Source: Octopus sinensis (Eukaryota). Taken from it: a stretch of DNA of 64,000 bases. A model generated the notes under the pieces. The model was not told where the DNA came from. It saw only the letters and a program-made list of their open reading frames with translations, and searched no databases. Positions 62,343 to 64,000 of the stretch are shown piece after piece. The translations under genes were made by a program, and so were the position numbers. The stretch covers positions 102,610,001 to 102,674,000 of the forward strand of contig NC_043004.1 in the NCBI RefSeq assembly GCF_006345805.1. Direction: 5' to 3'. Numbering within the stretch: the stretch's first letter is position 1; each line of letters starts with the position of its first letter.

Positions 62343-62782
62343 ATGTTCACACAAGTAAATAATCAAGTACAATTCAAAACTTTGTCAGCTGTTCTCCAAG
62401 CTGACTGATGGAACAATGTTGCATACACTTGACTAGATCTCTGGGAAAAGGGAAATATTAAAACGTTTGGTAAAGACGGTATTTCTAGCTGCAACACAAT
62501 GTCTGAGGGTGACACATGGAATTCTATCAGTTCTGTGATTGTGTATGCGGCAGCGAGACATGTAGAATGATGAAAGTGAATTTATCAGAAGTTTTGTACA
62601 GAGTCGTCTAGAAAGATAAACGGACTGCAAATGTGGTAGTTTTGTTGCTAGAAGTACTTCTCACAGTCATTTTGGTTGAATGAAAAGCAGAAGAATTCTA
62701 CAAAGTAAGTGGGGACCGTCTTGGGATGACTGCTTTATTTATCTCAGTAGTGCCTAGTTTCATACTTTCTGTTGGCTTAGAA

Positions 62783-62930
62783 TAGTCATGGGCAAACAGC
62801 AGCCTCAGATGAACTTTCTGAATGGCACACTTAAGTCTGAATGACTTTGAAATATTTTAGTTGTGTGACCCTCCTGATGATGAGTAATGTCTCTTATGGC
62901 CCACTTCTTGAAAAAGGTTGCCCATGCATG
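62783..62930. mobile_element. hAT-type MITE (same family as 61018-61141, opposite orientation)
   Basis: TAGTCATGGGCAA / TTGCCCATGCATG termini; flanks GCTTAGAA / ACTTAGAC (6/8); shared subterminal ggccc..ttct.gaaaaag.ttg.ccatg. Confidence 0.6.
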
Positions 62931-64000
62931 ACTTAGACTAATAGAAACCCTAACATTAGGTCCCTTTCTTTAATGCTGTCTCCACCAGTTTATAGCAGAT
63001 TCTAAGAAATGAGAGACCAAAATTTATTGCACAAACTAATATTGTTTAATAATATGGACCCTGAGTTCATTTTTGTTGCAGGCATTTGGACCAGTTCAGA
63101 GGACAACCATTAAGTTATGCTTTCTATCTCCCCTTTTCCCACTGGTCTAAGAGGCCCTGCAAAGTCAAAAACAAAACTTAACAATCACTGCCCCTTTTCT
63201 TCCTCTAACTTAACCACCAACAAAAAAAGGAAATTTTAAATGGAGTAAACCAGAAGACCAGGATATAATTTAGAAGACAGGAGAACTTACTGACTGACTG
63301 TATTGTGTAAGTGGGGTGTGTTTTGATTTTCTGGTGGTCATCTTATAAGTGTTGTTTGTTATTGTTTTATCCCAGGTTAGTCTTATTATCAAAGGGATTA
63401 CATCTATGATGACTTTTTCTCCTATTTAGCTGTTATTTCTAGTAGGTTGAGAGGCTAAACAGAGGCTTCTCCATTTCGAATGATAGATCATTTTCTCCAA
63501 GTGTTATGTGCAGCGTTTTTCACCTGTACTGCTACATTTCAGCCATAATAAAAGTAGTTGGGTGATTTGAAGCCAGTGGTTATGGACCTTGGAAGTGTGA
63601 AGTTTGTGGATGAAGCCTACTTAGGAAGATGTGAGGTAAGCTGACTTAATTAGGCAGTAATCAAATAAAAGCAGAGATGATAAAAGAAGCTTTCTTTGTG
63701 GTTTTAGTTGGTTGGGAGGAATGATCTGTATCCATGACCTTCACAGATTCTCGAAGACTGGTTTATGGTAAAAATCTGAGTGAGAAGAGAATCCTAAAAA
63801 GTTGACATCCTAGGGAGGAATGAATGGGTGTAATAGTTAGTGAAGGGTCTGGGAAGGGGTACACAGAGAAAGTGATGAGGGGAGGAGAGATGAGTGTGAC
63901 ATCTGAGCTTAGGTAGAAGTGGTATGTAAGTAACTAGATCTAAAGTACAGTAAGTGCTGTAGTGGTAGAAGAGGCAGAATGAACATCTACGCATGCTGCA

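Overview
AT-rich eukaryotic DNA, saturated with microsatellites and tRNA-headed SINEs. The repeat families and composition look like an octopod cephalopod (Octopus-like; inferred, not verified). The left half holds the last ten coding exons of an RNF220 E3 ubiquitin ligase gene (+ strand, 12757-29556). They splice in frame to 287 aa plus stop, carry a UBZ-like CxxC-H-C finger and the terminal C3HC4 RING, and include a clear U12-type (minor spliceosome) intron at 16185-17889. Upstream RNF220 exons were not recognised, so 1-12756 is presumably intron. The right half contains a candidate unannotated three-exon gene on the - strand (48058-45783, 89 aa), convergent with RNF220 and lying in a CpG-rich domain. 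It also has a 3'-truncated U2 snRNA retrocopy with target-site duplication, a degenerate hammerhead-ribozyme motif, and a ~6 kb (CATC)/(CATA) satellite with higher-order duplications. Further repeats are CR1-, RTE- and Tc1-derived relics, piggyBac- and hAT-type MITEs, and many SINEs, some nested, chimeric or in inverted pairs. No prokaryotic systems, CRISPR arrays, rRNA or intact tRNA genes were seen. Almost all ORFs in the six-frame track are microsatellite or repeat artefacts. Repeat coordinates are approximate, while exon coordinates were checked by hand.
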